Virus record (IMG/VR): IMGVR_UViG_3300035686_000003
Span: 83,707-147,706 of that record
Source of the DNA: a virus
Lineage: Duplodnaviria; Caudoviricetes
Reading direction: 5' to 3' (one strand)
Length of the DNA: 64,000 nt
The notes under the pieces were generated by a model, which was not told the DNA's origin, did no database searches, and worked only from the letters and a program-made list of their open reading frames with translations. Shown in pieces: positions 1-9,107 of this stretch (position 1 is its first letter; each line of letters starts with the position of its first letter). A program made the position numbers and the translations under genes.

Positions 1-1221
1 TTCCTGCCACAGCCTCAATGCGCTGTCCTTAAGGAATGTTTCCGCCTCGAACAATACAATCTCCTCCTTCTGCATAACAGGTGCCTCTAAGGTAGGCTGT
101 TGAGCCGCTACCGCTTGCTTCTGTGAGGACTCGTACATCTTAAACTCCTCCAAGAGGTGACGGTATTTCTCTCCACCCAAGGATAAGTTTTCGAGGACAC
201 GGACGTAATAAAGACTTTTGTTTGTCAAAGTCGTATTGTCCTTCAACAACACGGCATAGAACCAAGTGGTGAAGCTCTTGTACCGCTCCTTCGATCCGAA
301 GATATCATACCGCCATTGGTTATCACGATCTACCTGCTCTTGCCGCAACCGTTCCTTCTCCTCTTTGGCAAGTCGTCTCGCCTCAGCTGCCGCCCGACGC
401 TCTGCTTCTTTTGCGGCTTTACCTGCTGCTACTTCCTCCGGTGTTCTTTTGTTGCGTTTGGGCTTTGACGTATTTTGTGTCAATTTAGTTTGCGGCGGGG
501 GCGAAACTCTTCCAACACCAAGATCAGTTATATTCTCTGCTTTGATTTTAGATTTTGATTCCGATGAGTACGAGAAGGTTTGTTCTTGTGCAGGGTCTTG
601 GATTTCCAGCGAAGCTCCGGAGTCCAGATTTAGTTGTGTGCGAGATTCCCCTAGCGAAGCGTCAAGGTTGCTGGCTTGCCCTGCGTCAGCAGAAAGGTTA
701 GTCTCTTGTTTAGTTTCTGCTCTAGTTTCTTGTATATATAGAGGACTGGTGCAATTTGATCCGGTGACTAGATCAATTTGATCCGGTGACTGGTGCAATT
801 TGATCCGGTCTATTCGTGAGCAGATCAATTTGATCCGGTCATCCTTAGTTAAGCGCCAAGCTTCTTGTCCTATGTAGCCGATAGCTTCTACTCCCTCTTG
901 ATTGATGGTGTACCACTTTTGATTCGTTTTACCGAATTTGGCTGATTCTACTAGCTGCATTTCTTCTAGCGACAGCAGGATTCTTTTGACTGTAGGAACT
1001 GACCACCATCGAAAATTCTTTGCTTGCCACTCTTCTACCGTGTTATAGACCCAATATCTGCCATCTCTGTAGACGGCTTGATTTTGCGACATCTCGTGAT
1101 TCTTTATCCAGTAGTTTATTTGCTGTAGCACGATCGCCTCTTCCAAGCCAATTCGGACTGCTAGTTCCGGCAGGATAACCATCGGGAACTCATCTTGAAG
1201 CAAGTAAATATTCTTTCTCAT
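1..1221 (-). CDS. Phage replication initiator / replisome-organiser-like protein (3' end outside window; not in ORF track)
   Basis: ATG at 1221 after GGAGAG; open to position 1; MRKNIYLLQDEFPMVILPELAVRIGLEEAIVLQQINYW...GRYWVYNTVEEW matches the N-terminus of phage wHTH initiators; internal 22-bp repeats. Confidence 0.75.
   Translation of the reverse strand, partial: MRKNIYLLQDEFPMVILPELAVRIGLEEAIVLQQINYWIKNHEMSQNQAVYRDGRYWVYNTVEEWQAKNFRWWSVPTVKRILLSLEEMQLVESAKFGKTNQKWYTINQEGVEAIGYIGQEAWRLTKDDRIKLICSRIDRIKLHQSPDQIDLVTGSNCTSPLYIQETRAETKQETNLSADAGQASNLDASLGESRTQLNLDSGASLEIQDPAQEQTFSYSSESKSKIKAENITDLGVGRVSPPPQTKLTQNTSKPKRNKRTPEEVAAGKAAKEAERRAAAEARRLAKEEKERLRQEQVDRDNQWRYDIFGSKERYKSFTTWFYAVLLKDNTTLTNKSLYYVRVLENLSLGGEKYRHLLEEFKMYESSQKQAVAAQQPTLEAPVMQKEEIVLFEAETFLKDSALRLWQE
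744..839. repeat. Iteron-like repeats: three tandem 22-mers plus a fourth core (CAATTTGATCCGGT at 752, 774, 796, 826); probable origin
   Basis: Direct repeats inside the initiator gene next to an AT-rich TGTATATATA, a lambda O-like arrangement. Confidence 0.75.
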
Positions 1222-1224
1222 TGT

Positions 1225-1449
1225 CTAAACTCTCCCTTTGTTTGCACGATTTTCAAGTTCGTTCATTGCTATCTCATAAAGAGCATCCACAAATTCTTGC
1301 TTGTTTAGCCCTAGCCGATCTCGCAGACTATCTATTCTTTCTTTGTCTAATTTCGGAATCCTCCAAGGGTACACTGGTCTACTTTCGTTGTATTTTCCAT
1401 CTCGTGTTCTTGACATATTTTCTCTCCCATTTGTAAGCGACGTAAGCAA
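1225..1449 (-). CDS. Small RHH-like DNA-binding protein
   Basis: KERIDSLRDRLGLNKQEFVDALYEIAM; paralog of 1509..1724. Confidence 0.55.
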   Translation of the reverse strand: MLTSLTNGRENMSRTRDGKYNESRPVYPWRIPKLDKERIDSLRDRLGLNKQEFVDALYEIAMNELENRANKGRV

Positions 1450-1508
1450 ATCTCTAACACTATTATAACTTTAGTTTGCCTAAAGCTGCGATAGTGTTAC
1501 TTCAAAAT

Positions 1509-1724
1509 TTATGCCCTACCCTCCAAGACCCCTATTGCAAGCTCGTACATTGCCTCTAGGAACTCCTGCTTGCTATAGCCTAACTTTTGTCGCACCTGCT
1601 CAATCCTTTTTTGTTGCTCTAAATCTACTCGCAAGCTGTACGTGGGATGCTTTGAGTTGTAACGGATGAACCTCTGAGTGTTAGTGCCTGAACTGCCTGA
1701 TTTCTTCTGAGCTTTTGAATCCAT
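1509..1724 (-). CDS. Small RHH-like DNA-binding protein
   Basis: TYSLRVD...RIEQVRQKLGYSKQEFLEAMYELAI; beta-helix-helix pattern. Confidence 0.6.
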   Translation of the reverse strand: MDSKAQKKSGSSGTNTQRFIRYNSKHPTYSLRVDLEQQKRIEQVRQKLGYSKQEFLEAMYELAIGVLEGRA

Positions 1725-1769
1725 GATGCTTCTACCAAATTTAACTTCATCATTGTAGCATACTCAGGA

Positions 1770-1850
1770 ATAGCTGTTAGCGTTTAGCCGTTAGCTATTA
1801 GCTTTCCGGATTCTAGCTAGAGGCTAATAGCTAGTAGCTAAGAGCTGTTG
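1770..1850. repeat. STRR-like heptamer palindromic element (TAGCYRT units followed by their complements)
   Basis: tagctgttagcgtttagccgttagctattagc...gctaatagctagtagctaagagct; half copy near 47125-47150. Confidence 0.6.
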
Positions 1851-1984
1851 TACGGAAGTTTGCACTAGTTGACTACGGTTTACTTCCATGGACGATCAGA
1901 GATCTTTGATAAAGTGAGAGATGTAGTTTAACTCCTTGTTGTATTGCGGAATATGAGAACGAGTTATCCACGACCACCCACAAG

Positions 1985-2051
1985 TCAGTGATCAATGAAC
2001 AGTGATCAGTAGTCAAGATTTGTTAACTGATCACTGTGTACTGATAACTGA
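1985..2051. repeat. STRR-like 67-bp palindromic heptamer element, copy 1
   Basis: CAGTGAT/CTGATAA-type units; 62/67 identical to 44717..44783. Confidence 0.8.
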
Positions 2052-2084
2052 AAAGCCCTAGACTCTTTTGCGGAATCTAGGGCT
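2051..2084 (-). terminator. Intrinsic terminator
   Basis: AGCCCTAGA...TCTAGGGCT stem with T-run on the minus strand, after the helicase operon. Confidence 0.65.
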
Positions 2085-2096
2085 AACTGTTGTTGG

Positions 2097-2339
2097 CTAT
2101 TGAATTCCTTTTGCTTTAGCGATCACTTTCCTGGCTCTGCTAATGATGCGACCATCGAAATAGTCGCGAGTGTCACCTATAGCTGCTAGTTGGTCTGTTG
2201 TAAGCTCTAGCATCTCTAGTAGCTCTGGTGCGGCAGCGATGAGGTGGGCAGTATGTGAATCCAAGTCTTCCACAATTAAATACCCATGCTCATCCCTGAC
2301 ATCAAAAAAGCTCCCGATTTTAACAATTTCCCACCTCAT
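2097..2339 (-). CDS. Phage hypothetical protein
   Basis: AHLIAAAPELLE motif common in phage small proteins; coupled to the helicase stop. Confidence 0.7.
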   Translation of the reverse strand: MRWEIVKIGSFFDVRDEHGYLIVEDLDSHTAHLIAAAPELLEMLELTTDQLAAIGDTRDYFDGRIISRARKVIAKAKGIQ

Positions 2340-4123
2340 AGTTCTCCTCCTTCATACCCTTCAAAGTATTCCAACTTCATCCCCACAGCTGGCAGTTCCA
2401 TTAATGCTTGAATTTCCTCCTCATTGCGAGCCAATGGTACCCAATACATGATACTTTTGCTACGAGTTGTCGCGACGTATGTGGCATTCACCTCTTGGGC
2501 GAACATCCACTTCAACATATCCCGTCGCAAATAAGGCAACACATTTGCGCCCACTAGGAAAACATTTGTTGCTTCGTCGCCCTTCGCTGAGTGAATCGAT
2601 GAGAAAATGATGTGCTTGCTACGGTCTTCAGCCTCCACGGGAAAGGCTTGAGCGATCGCTTGCAAAAACTCATCGAGGTTACGGGCATCCTTCCCCAAGA
2701 ACTCGTAGCAATATTCTAGACACTTGTAGCTGTCACCTACAGCATCTGCTAGTTGCAGTTGTTCACCATCGATATACTGCTGCACCAAGAAGTCCCGTTG
2801 TTCTGTGAGCTTATCAATGAATTCGCTCCACTTACAATGACGTGCGATAGACTTTGCGAACCCTGACATTTCCTGAGCGATATTGCGCCCACGAACAACC
2901 CCCTCTTTCCCTTCAAAGAACTTTGTCTCTAAACACAATTTTACTAGTGGTGCAACAAATCTACATATTACTAAGTCGCCCGGTTGTGCTAAGAGTCTGA
3001 CTTTATGGGGGTGGAGTTTCTCAATGTGACCCACCTGTGCATCATCACGAGCTTTGATGGCAGGGACGATGAGACTAGCAAAGGCTACGTGCGATTGGGG
3101 GCAACGCTGGGTTTCTGCAAGGGGGAGGGTGCGAGCATCTGTCATTCTTGCAAAGGTATCCATTGCATCGTTACGGGCACCCATAAAGGAACCCGTGATA
3201 GCCTGTCGAGGATCGCCTACACCAATGAGCCGATATCCAGCAATCTTAAATTTTTTGTAAAGTGATAACATTGCTGGGTTGTTGTCTTGTATTTCGTCCC
3301 CTAGTAGCACCGCCTTCTCAGCTTTAGGCTTTCTTGGGGATAGTCTTAGCTTATGTACCAGCCATAACATATCGGCATAATCGATGACCTTTTCGTAGAC
3401 CCCCTGACGATAACAGTCGTCTAGGAGGGCGATGGCACTGTTGATGCCCCACGCCTGCCCACGCTTGCCTCCTGGAAACCGAATCCCATAGTAGCCACAG
3501 GTGAACTCTAGTGCTTCTGGTGTTGCTTCAGCGAGGTTTAGTCTAGCAAAATCAATGAGTTTTTGTAGCTCGCCTTTCCAGCGATCTAGTACCAGCTCAG
3601 CCTTATCGGGTTCTGGTGGGAGTTGTGGAGGGGCAACAGGATAATCCCCCTTGAAGGGTTGCTTGTTATCCAAGCGGTACTTGTAGTCAGCGATTGCCGA
3701 CTTTAGTCTCCGTGTGCCAACTTCTGCTAGCTTTAGTGCTTTTTTGTAGTCAACCTTGGGAGCTTCGCCCCTGAAGTAAGACATCAGCAAGCCATAACAA
3801 CATCCGTGTGCAGTAGAGACGTTGCAGCGTTTTGGTATGCGTTTATCATTTTCTAACTTCTCCTTGACAGAAACGTTATAGGCGAGAATGTTGATTTTTG
3901 TATTCACTGGAAGTAATCCAACGATTCCGACAATCAGGGTTGTCTTACCCGCACCCGCCACTGCTTCTACTACTAGGTTGTCATCACTATTCTGAACTTC
4001 TTCAAAGACTGCCAGCTGTTGATCATTCCAGGGGATTGCGTTCAGGAATTCTTTCTTCCAGCGCTGAGGTGTCCAAGTGTCTGATTTAACTTTTGGTGCT
4101 TTTGCTTTGCGTTCTTTCGTCAC
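2336..4123 (-). CDS. UvrD/Rep-like superfamily 1 helicase
   Basis: AVAGAGKTT, DEIQD, GDPRQAI, RCP, SIHSAKGDE, YVATTR. Confidence 0.92.
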   Translation of the reverse strand: MTKERKAKAPKVKSDTWTPQRWKKEFLNAIPWNDQQLAVFEEVQNSDDNLVVEAVAGAGKTTLIVGIVGLLPVNTKINILAYNVSVKEKLENDKRIPKRCNVSTAHGCCYGLLMSYFRGEAPKVDYKKALKLAEVGTRRLKSAIADYKYRLDNKQPFKGDYPVAPPQLPPEPDKAELVLDRWKGELQKLIDFARLNLAEATPEALEFTCGYYGIRFPGGKRGQAWGINSAIALLDDCYRQGVYEKVIDYADMLWLVHKLRLSPRKPKAEKAVLLGDEIQDNNPAMLSLYKKFKIAGYRLIGVGDPRQAITGSFMGARNDAMDTFARMTDARTLPLAETQRCPQSHVAFASLIVPAIKARDDAQVGHIEKLHPHKVRLLAQPGDLVICRFVAPLVKLCLETKFFEGKEGVVRGRNIAQEMSGFAKSIARHCKWSEFIDKLTEQRDFLVQQYIDGEQLQLADAVGDSYKCLEYCYEFLGKDARNLDEFLQAIAQAFPVEAEDRSKHIIFSSIHSAKGDEATNVFLVGANVLPYLRRDMLKWMFAQEVNATYVATTRSKSIMYWVPLARNEEEIQALMELPAVGMKLEYFEGYEGGEL

Positions 4124-4227
4124 GATAACCCTCTCTTGTGTGTTGGACTTGGAACCAAGTTATTTTTTAATCACTTCAATCCGTTGCCTAGTCTTTGTTT
4201 GGTACTTACAACCAACTTTCGTTCACC

Positions 4228-4256
4228 ATCATAACACTGTAGTAAACTACGGTCAA
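4228..4256 (-). promoter_or_regulatory. Sigma70-type promoter with a palindromic operator in the spacer
   Basis: TTGACC-17-TATGAT with extended TG; GTAGTAAACTAC at 4239-4250. Confidence 0.65.
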
Positions 4257-5203
4257 CCGAGGTCGATTCTTTCGCCTAGGACTCCTGCATGATAGGCTCT
4301 TTTGCACAGACTTCCCCAAGAATACTCTTCGTTGTAATAGTAGGCATGGAGGATCTTTTTGAACTCCTTCCAGAACCAACAAATTGACCTTTGATCGAAG
4401 TAGTACAAATCCAGCTTGTAAACCATTGGCTCGCCATCTTCAGAAATATTGTAGGCGCAAGCTAGCATTCCTTGGTTGAGAGTATATTTTTCTTTTGTCA
4501 ATTTGTTGAATGGTGCTACATACGCACTGAGCTGCAAAGCATACTTAATCAAAGGGAAGTATAGTTCTCCATTCTTTTTTTTGCTTATGGGAGCTTTTCT
4601 TTTGTTAAAATTCTTCCAGTCAAGAACAGTCATGCTGTAGCCACGCCCTTCATCTAGAATGTATGGTTTCACTTCAGTCGGCAATAGCGAGCAGTCGATA
4701 TACTTGTAAGCATCAACTGTACCACCGTAACCTAACCGTGGATCTTCTTCGTCATGCCAGAAGATGCGCTTCTCCAAAGATATAGGGTGAATATAGGGAA
4801 AGAGTGGTTGGAATGGTTCAATGAGGTTTAGTTGTGCGTCATCTAACCTCAACGATTCCTTAATGCTGGTGATCGCTAACTCTTGTTCTTCAAGGGGGAG
4901 CAACTGCAACTCAGGTCTTTCTGCGAGGATTAACTCAGGATAATGATATCTAAAGTGATTCTCTAATGCAGCATGGGCATTGGTTCCGTGGTTGCCTGCT
5001 TTAACTTTTATAGCTTCTGCCTTAGCCTTTCCTACTCGTTTCTGCCAACCAGAGAGAAAAGCTTTATCCTCGAACTTGCCGATGATTGTTGTAACTGAAG
5101 AATATTCTTTATCTTTATGGCGGTAAACTCTGCCCTTGCCTTCAACTCTTGAGTTGTCTTGGATAATGTCTGTGTCGTTCCAAAGTTCTATTTGTGGTAT
5201 CAT
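4253..5203 (-). CDS. PD-(D/E)XK exonuclease
   Basis: YSSVTTII, GTNAH, YGGTVDA, LDWK, LQLSAY. Confidence 0.85.
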   Translation of the reverse strand: MIPQIELWNDTDIIQDNSRVEGKGRVYRHKDKEYSSVTTIIGKFEDKAFLSGWQKRVGKAKAEAIKVKAGNHGTNAHAALENHFRYHYPELILAERPELQLLPLEEQELAITSIKESLRLDDAQLNLIEPFQPLFPYIHPISLEKRIFWHDEEDPRLGYGGTVDAYKYIDCSLLPTEVKPYILDEGRGYSMTVLDWKNFNKRKAPISKKKNGELYFPLIKYALQLSAYVAPFNKLTKEKYTLNQGMLACAYNISEDGEPMVYKLDLYYFDQRSICWFWKEFKKILHAYYYNEEYSWGSLCKRAYHAGVLGERIDLG

Positions 5204-5280
5204 TGTTTGTCATTTTAGCTGTGCTTATAATATTTTCGCACATTGTTGACAAATAATTATAGATTAGGTATATTTAAGAA

Positions 5281-5371
5281 GCCTGGTTGAATAATACACT
5301 TTGACTTGGTAAAACCTTAACCCTCTCTTATTCAAAGCCGCTGTAACTCAAGTAAGTCTACAGCGGCTTTT
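5281..5371 (+). ncRNA. Candidate ~90-nt small RNA
   Basis: TTGACA(5246)-17-TATATT promoter, no ORF, TTGAATAA/TTATTCAA stem, AAGCCGCTGTA/TACAGCGGCTT terminator with T-run. Confidence 0.4.
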
Positions 5372-5386
5372 GCTTTGCGTAAGCTA

Positions 5387-6067
5387 CTATCGAAGCTTCC
5401 TATTGATCCGTTCGATGAGAGAGAGAAGGAGGGATTCTTCTTCGGCTTGGAGGTCAGCTATCTTCTCGTATTCTTTTTTTGCTGTAGTTTTTCTTTCTTT
5501 TAGAATCTGGTTGAGTGCTTCAGCATTTTGATTTACCCAGTCAAACTCTTCTTGACTTAGATCATATCGGCTCTGGGGAGTGACCCGCTGGTTGTTGCAA
5601 TCGTAGATGTTACAGAAGCAAGTTGCCTTTTTTAAATCCGATGGCACCGAAATTTCAATCGTAATTATGTCATTGACTTGTGTTCCTAATCGCGCTAGAG
5701 AAAACAAAAGTCCTCTAGTAAAATTTGTAGCTATACCCTTCTCAAGCATCAATGGCACATCAGTCATCAAATCTAAACGTAGCTTAAGATTTTCTTCTCC
5801 TTCAAAATCCCTGACCCCAGTTTTCAGTAGCTTCACTTTTCCCTTAACTGCTCGTTGTTTGATGAACTCTTTCTGGTCGTCTACAGGGCGATCACCATGA
5901 TGCTTGTAAAACGATCCTGTTTTGTCATCAACATAGATTGCTGTACCACCCGAAGGAGGATCGCAGAAGCCAAGCACTTGCTCGCTATTATTACTTTGGC
6001 TTTGCTGTTGTGCTAAGGACGCCAACACTTTGATTGCTGCCAAGATTTCTTCGTTTATACTTGTCAT
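5387..6067 (-). CDS. Hypothetical protein, possibly ssDNA-binding or recombination-related
   Basis: Long ORF with RBS before MTSINEE; beta-rich; lies upstream of exonuclease and helicase; function is a contextual guess. Confidence 0.6.
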   Translation of the reverse strand: MTSINEEILAAIKVLASLAQQQSQSNNSEQVLGFCDPPSGGTAIYVDDKTGSFYKHHGDRPVDDQKEFIKQRAVKGKVKLLKTGVRDFEGEENLKLRLDLMTDVPLMLEKGIATNFTRGLLFSLARLGTQVNDIITIEISVPSDLKKATCFCNIYDCNNQRVTPQSRYDLSQEEFDWVNQNAEALNQILKERKTTAKKEYEKIADLQAEEESLLLSLIERINRKLR

Positions 6068-6104
6068 TGTTCTATCGCCTCTGTGGTCTACTACTCTCAT
6101 TGTA

Positions 6105-7940
6105 TCACGAGATGAGTTTGAATTTTTTCATCAAATCATTGCGTTGAGTCTTGATTAGAAGGCTTAATATTTGTGCCTTTACTTCAGCTACTCTTCTAGT
6201 TTCCCCTAGTTCTTGCTCAATGAAATCATCAAGATCGATGTGGGAGGTCGTGTTTAGCTTACCAAGAACGATGTCGCTTTGTGACTTGACAGTTGCCACA
6301 GCAAGGTTCAACCCCTGACGTTCAGTGGGCGTTAGAGCGTCTTTAGCTGCTATTGCAGTTCTAGTTTTACTTTGGTCTTGCGGAAGTTCAACACTGTCAA
6401 GTGTAAACTGAGTTTTCGGATGCCACTTCCCATTAAATTCAACAATTCTGTCAGAAAGATCTCGTTTTGCGTTGCGAGGTGGTTCGTTATTTTTCAGTTC
6501 GCCCCAGTTACGTGCAGTCGCATCGAAGAGGTTTACGTTCCAAGTAACAGAACTGCCTGTAATGGTTGGAATTTCAACTCCAGGAGCGATCGCCGCAAAG
6601 CAAACCCTGAGTTTAGTTAGGTTACTCATCAAAGCAAGCTTGTTGATGTTTCCTTGAGGAGAACCAAACCAAACATACTTTCCACGCTTGTCTCCACCAG
6701 AAACCAATGAAGCACAAAGGTTCATCAATAGTTCCATTAGCTCTTTAGCAGCAGAAGCCAGATCCTCGCTTTCTTTTTTCTTTACGTCTCTCTCTAGTGA
6801 CTGAGCCAAGAAATAAAACTCGTCAACAATCAAGAGACAAGGGTTGTCGTCTCTGGCATTCTTGAGGTAGTCCCTGATAACCACAATAAAAGATTCGTAG
6901 GCATCAGTCTTATCAACGACATCTCCCAGATCAAAGAATTGCGTTTTAGTGCAATGTGCCCAATACTCAGGATCTTCGCCCTGTTTGGCTAGTGAGCTAA
7001 TCGAATAAACTTTGTTGAATCTCCCCCTTTGCAATCCAATTTTGCTGGAGATTGCCATGAGCAATGATTTGCCGCATCTTTGTCCACCAATAAAGACAAT
7101 TGAGTCAACGCACTCCAAGATGAAATCTACGATGTCTTTAGTTTTTTCGGATCGTTTAGCCATTTCGATTACACTTGGTTGTGAGATTTGTTCCTGCAAA
7201 CGGGTGAAGGGTTCTTGAAGCTGAGTCGGGATAGACTCTACATCTGTTTCAACGAATACGGGAGCAGGCTTTGGAATAACAGTTTGCTTTGGTAGTTGAG
7301 GACGCTTTGAACTAGGAAGGGCAATGCTAGCCGTATATTCGTTTGCAAGATCTTCGCAAGCATCAAGAACTTCCTCATATCTCCAGCCTTTGCAACGAGC
7401 TACGTGGTCAATCGCTTTGGTTAAGGGGTTGTCGCCTTTGTAACTAATCTCTCCATCGACAACTGTTACATCAACTGCCTCCTCAACAGCTTCCAAGAAC
7501 AAGTCCGTGCCTGCAATTTTCCAAAGGCTAGCCCAATAGACTGTTGGTGACGAAGAAATAGCTAACCTCACTTGCTCAGAGGTTTTCTCTAGCTTCATTA
7601 TTTTTGCCTGTTGAGTTCCCGCTGACCCAAGAAGCCCTATCATTCCGGCTCCAGCAAGCACAGGTATAACAGCTGCTCCAATAACACCTAATGTGGCACA
7701 AGAGCTAATTGCAAGTCCTCCAAGTAGCATTCCGCTTAAGCTCAAGGTAGCATTGGTTCTTTCAACGGCATGGCACTCTTTTTCAAGCTTTTTTAGTCCA
7801 TTCAGCAATCTACCCAGAACATCAATGCGGTCTGCAACCGGGGTATCAGGAGTTACATTTGCAACTTGGATTAAGTCGTCAAATGGAGAGTTGACTAAGC
7901 TTCGAGTTAATGCCAGTTCACCTTTGGATAATCTGTTCAT
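6105..7940 (-). CDS. Membrane-anchored FtsK/HerA-type P-loop ATPase (TraB-like architecture)
   Basis: Two N-terminal hydrophobic segments, Pro-rich linker, Walker A GGQRCGKS, Walker B LLIVDEF, GGDKRGKYVWFGSPQ. Confidence 0.7.
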   Translation of the reverse strand: MNRLSKGELALTRSLVNSPFDDLIQVANVTPDTPVADRIDVLGRLLNGLKKLEKECHAVERTNATLSLSGMLLGGLAISSCATLGVIGAAVIPVLAGAGMIGLLGSAGTQQAKIMKLEKTSEQVRLAISSSPTVYWASLWKIAGTDLFLEAVEEAVDVTVVDGEISYKGDNPLTKAIDHVARCKGWRYEEVLDACEDLANEYTASIALPSSKRPQLPKQTVIPKPAPVFVETDVESIPTQLQEPFTRLQEQISQPSVIEMAKRSEKTKDIVDFILECVDSIVFIGGQRCGKSLLMAISSKIGLQRGRFNKVYSISSLAKQGEDPEYWAHCTKTQFFDLGDVVDKTDAYESFIVVIRDYLKNARDDNPCLLIVDEFYFLAQSLERDVKKKESEDLASAAKELMELLMNLCASLVSGGDKRGKYVWFGSPQGNINKLALMSNLTKLRVCFAAIAPGVEIPTITGSSVTWNVNLFDATARNWGELKNNEPPRNAKRDLSDRIVEFNGKWHPKTQFTLDSVELPQDQSKTRTAIAAKDALTPTERQGLNLAVATVKSQSDIVLGKLNTTSHIDLDDFIEQELGETRRVAEVKAQILSLLIKTQRNDLMKKFKLIS

Positions 7941-7975
7941 GATCTTAAGCGGAACGCCTCGTGTAGATTCATTGA

Positions 7976-8734
7976 TTACATTTTGCGAGCAGAGATATCG
8001 ACCGTTGGTGCTTCACGTCTTGGTTCGCCACCACCTCTCGAAGATTGTCCTCCCTTGGCTTGCTGGTGCCCCTCATGGATAGCTTCTGCAATATCGCAAG
8101 CAGCACTGAGCAAAGAGATCGTAACTTCGGGTAACACTAGTGTCACAATGAGCATCAGCATTCCTTGAAAGCTGAGAGACAGAACAGTTGCCCAAAACAC
8201 TAGCTGAATAGCAGTCTCAACCAGGTAGGAAAGATACCTGCCTCTCTCTAACGTTCGATGAGAGAAAGTATGCCAGTTCATCAGACGCTCTGAGACTCCT
8301 TCTGGCAAATCTTTAGCTTTGGGGTCAATGTTTTTGTTAACGTAAGCTTTGGCAATTTTCTTTTTTACTCTCCAAAGACTAGGGAATAATTGATACACGT
8401 TGAAACCAATGCCAGCTAATATTCCTAGTGTTCCAGCACCAATCCCAACAAGGACACCCCCAAGACCCAGAGCTTTTGCAGCCCAAACTCCAATCGCACT
8501 CCACTGGTAACCAGCAGCAATCATCACTCCCGCAAAAATAGCAGCTGCAACAAACACAACAGCATCAGCAGTTGCAAGTACCTCAAGTAAAGTCTTAATT
8601 GCAAAAGTTGTCAGATTAAAGGTGTTATGGATGAACTCGCTAATCAGGTGGACTATCGATTTGCCAAAACTGAAGATCTTCTGCATGATTGCAGTAATTT
8701 TTTCATTCAGAGACTTGTCGTTTCCTTTGGACAT
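7976..8734 (-). CDS. Multi-pass membrane protein
   Basis: About four hydrophobic segments; same operon as the ATPase. Confidence 0.8.
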   Translation of the reverse strand: MSKGNDKSLNEKITAIMQKIFSFGKSIVHLISEFIHNTFNLTTFAIKTLLEVLATADAVVFVAAAIFAGVMIAAGYQWSAIGVWAAKALGLGGVLVGIGAGTLGILAGIGFNVYQLFPSLWRVKKKIAKAYVNKNIDPKAKDLPEGVSERLMNWHTFSHRTLERGRYLSYLVETAIQLVFWATVLSLSFQGMLMLIVTLVLPEVTISLLSAACDIAEAIHEGHQQAKGGQSSRGGGEPRREAPTVDISARKM

Positions 8735-8738
8735 GGCT

Positions 8739-9107
8739 TTACTTTCCTGCTTTGATTAAAGAGATTTGAGCATCAAGTTCTTTTTGGGTAAAAAGGTGTT
8801 GCACTTGTAACTGACTGTTATGATATGCAGCGTGACCAATTTTCCCGCTGGGATCTTTGAAACAAGAAGTTGGACTTCTGCCATCAGCGTGCAGTTGTAT
8901 AACGTCACCAATTAACATCGGTCTAACAACTTTTTGACAGTTATTGACGAGCGAATGTCTAGCCACAGTATCTAAAGCTTTACTTCTGGAAACTTGCGCT
9001 CTACTAGATGTAAGGTTTTGTGCGAGCTGTGCCGACATTGATAGAACAGCACAGCCTGCGAGAATGGCAAAACTAATATGTTTGGCGTACAGAGGAGCAA
9101 TCTTCAT
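8739..9107 (-). CDS. Secreted or membrane-anchored protein
   Basis: N-terminal hydrophobic segment ISFAILAGCAVLSMSA; TGATG coupling with the upstream gene. Confidence 0.7.
   Translation of the reverse strand: MKIAPLYAKHISFAILAGCAVLSMSAQLAQNLTSSRAQVSRSKALDTVARHSLVNNCQKVVRPMLIGDVIQLHADGRSPTSCFKDPSGKIGHAAYHNSQLQVQHLFTQKELDAQISLIKAGK

Noticed and set aside
266-781. Plus-strand 171-aa ORF, and similar ORFs at 43976 and 63531
   Set aside because: Antisense shadows of the rep-like genes; their mutual similarity just reflects the paralogy.
1964-1972. DnaA box (TTATCCACG)
   Set aside because: A single mismatched copy; not distinguishable from chance.
4253-5203. Cas4 / CRISPR adaptation gene
   Set aside because: No four-Cys Fe-S pattern and no cas context; an ordinary phage PD-(D/E)XK nuclease fits better.
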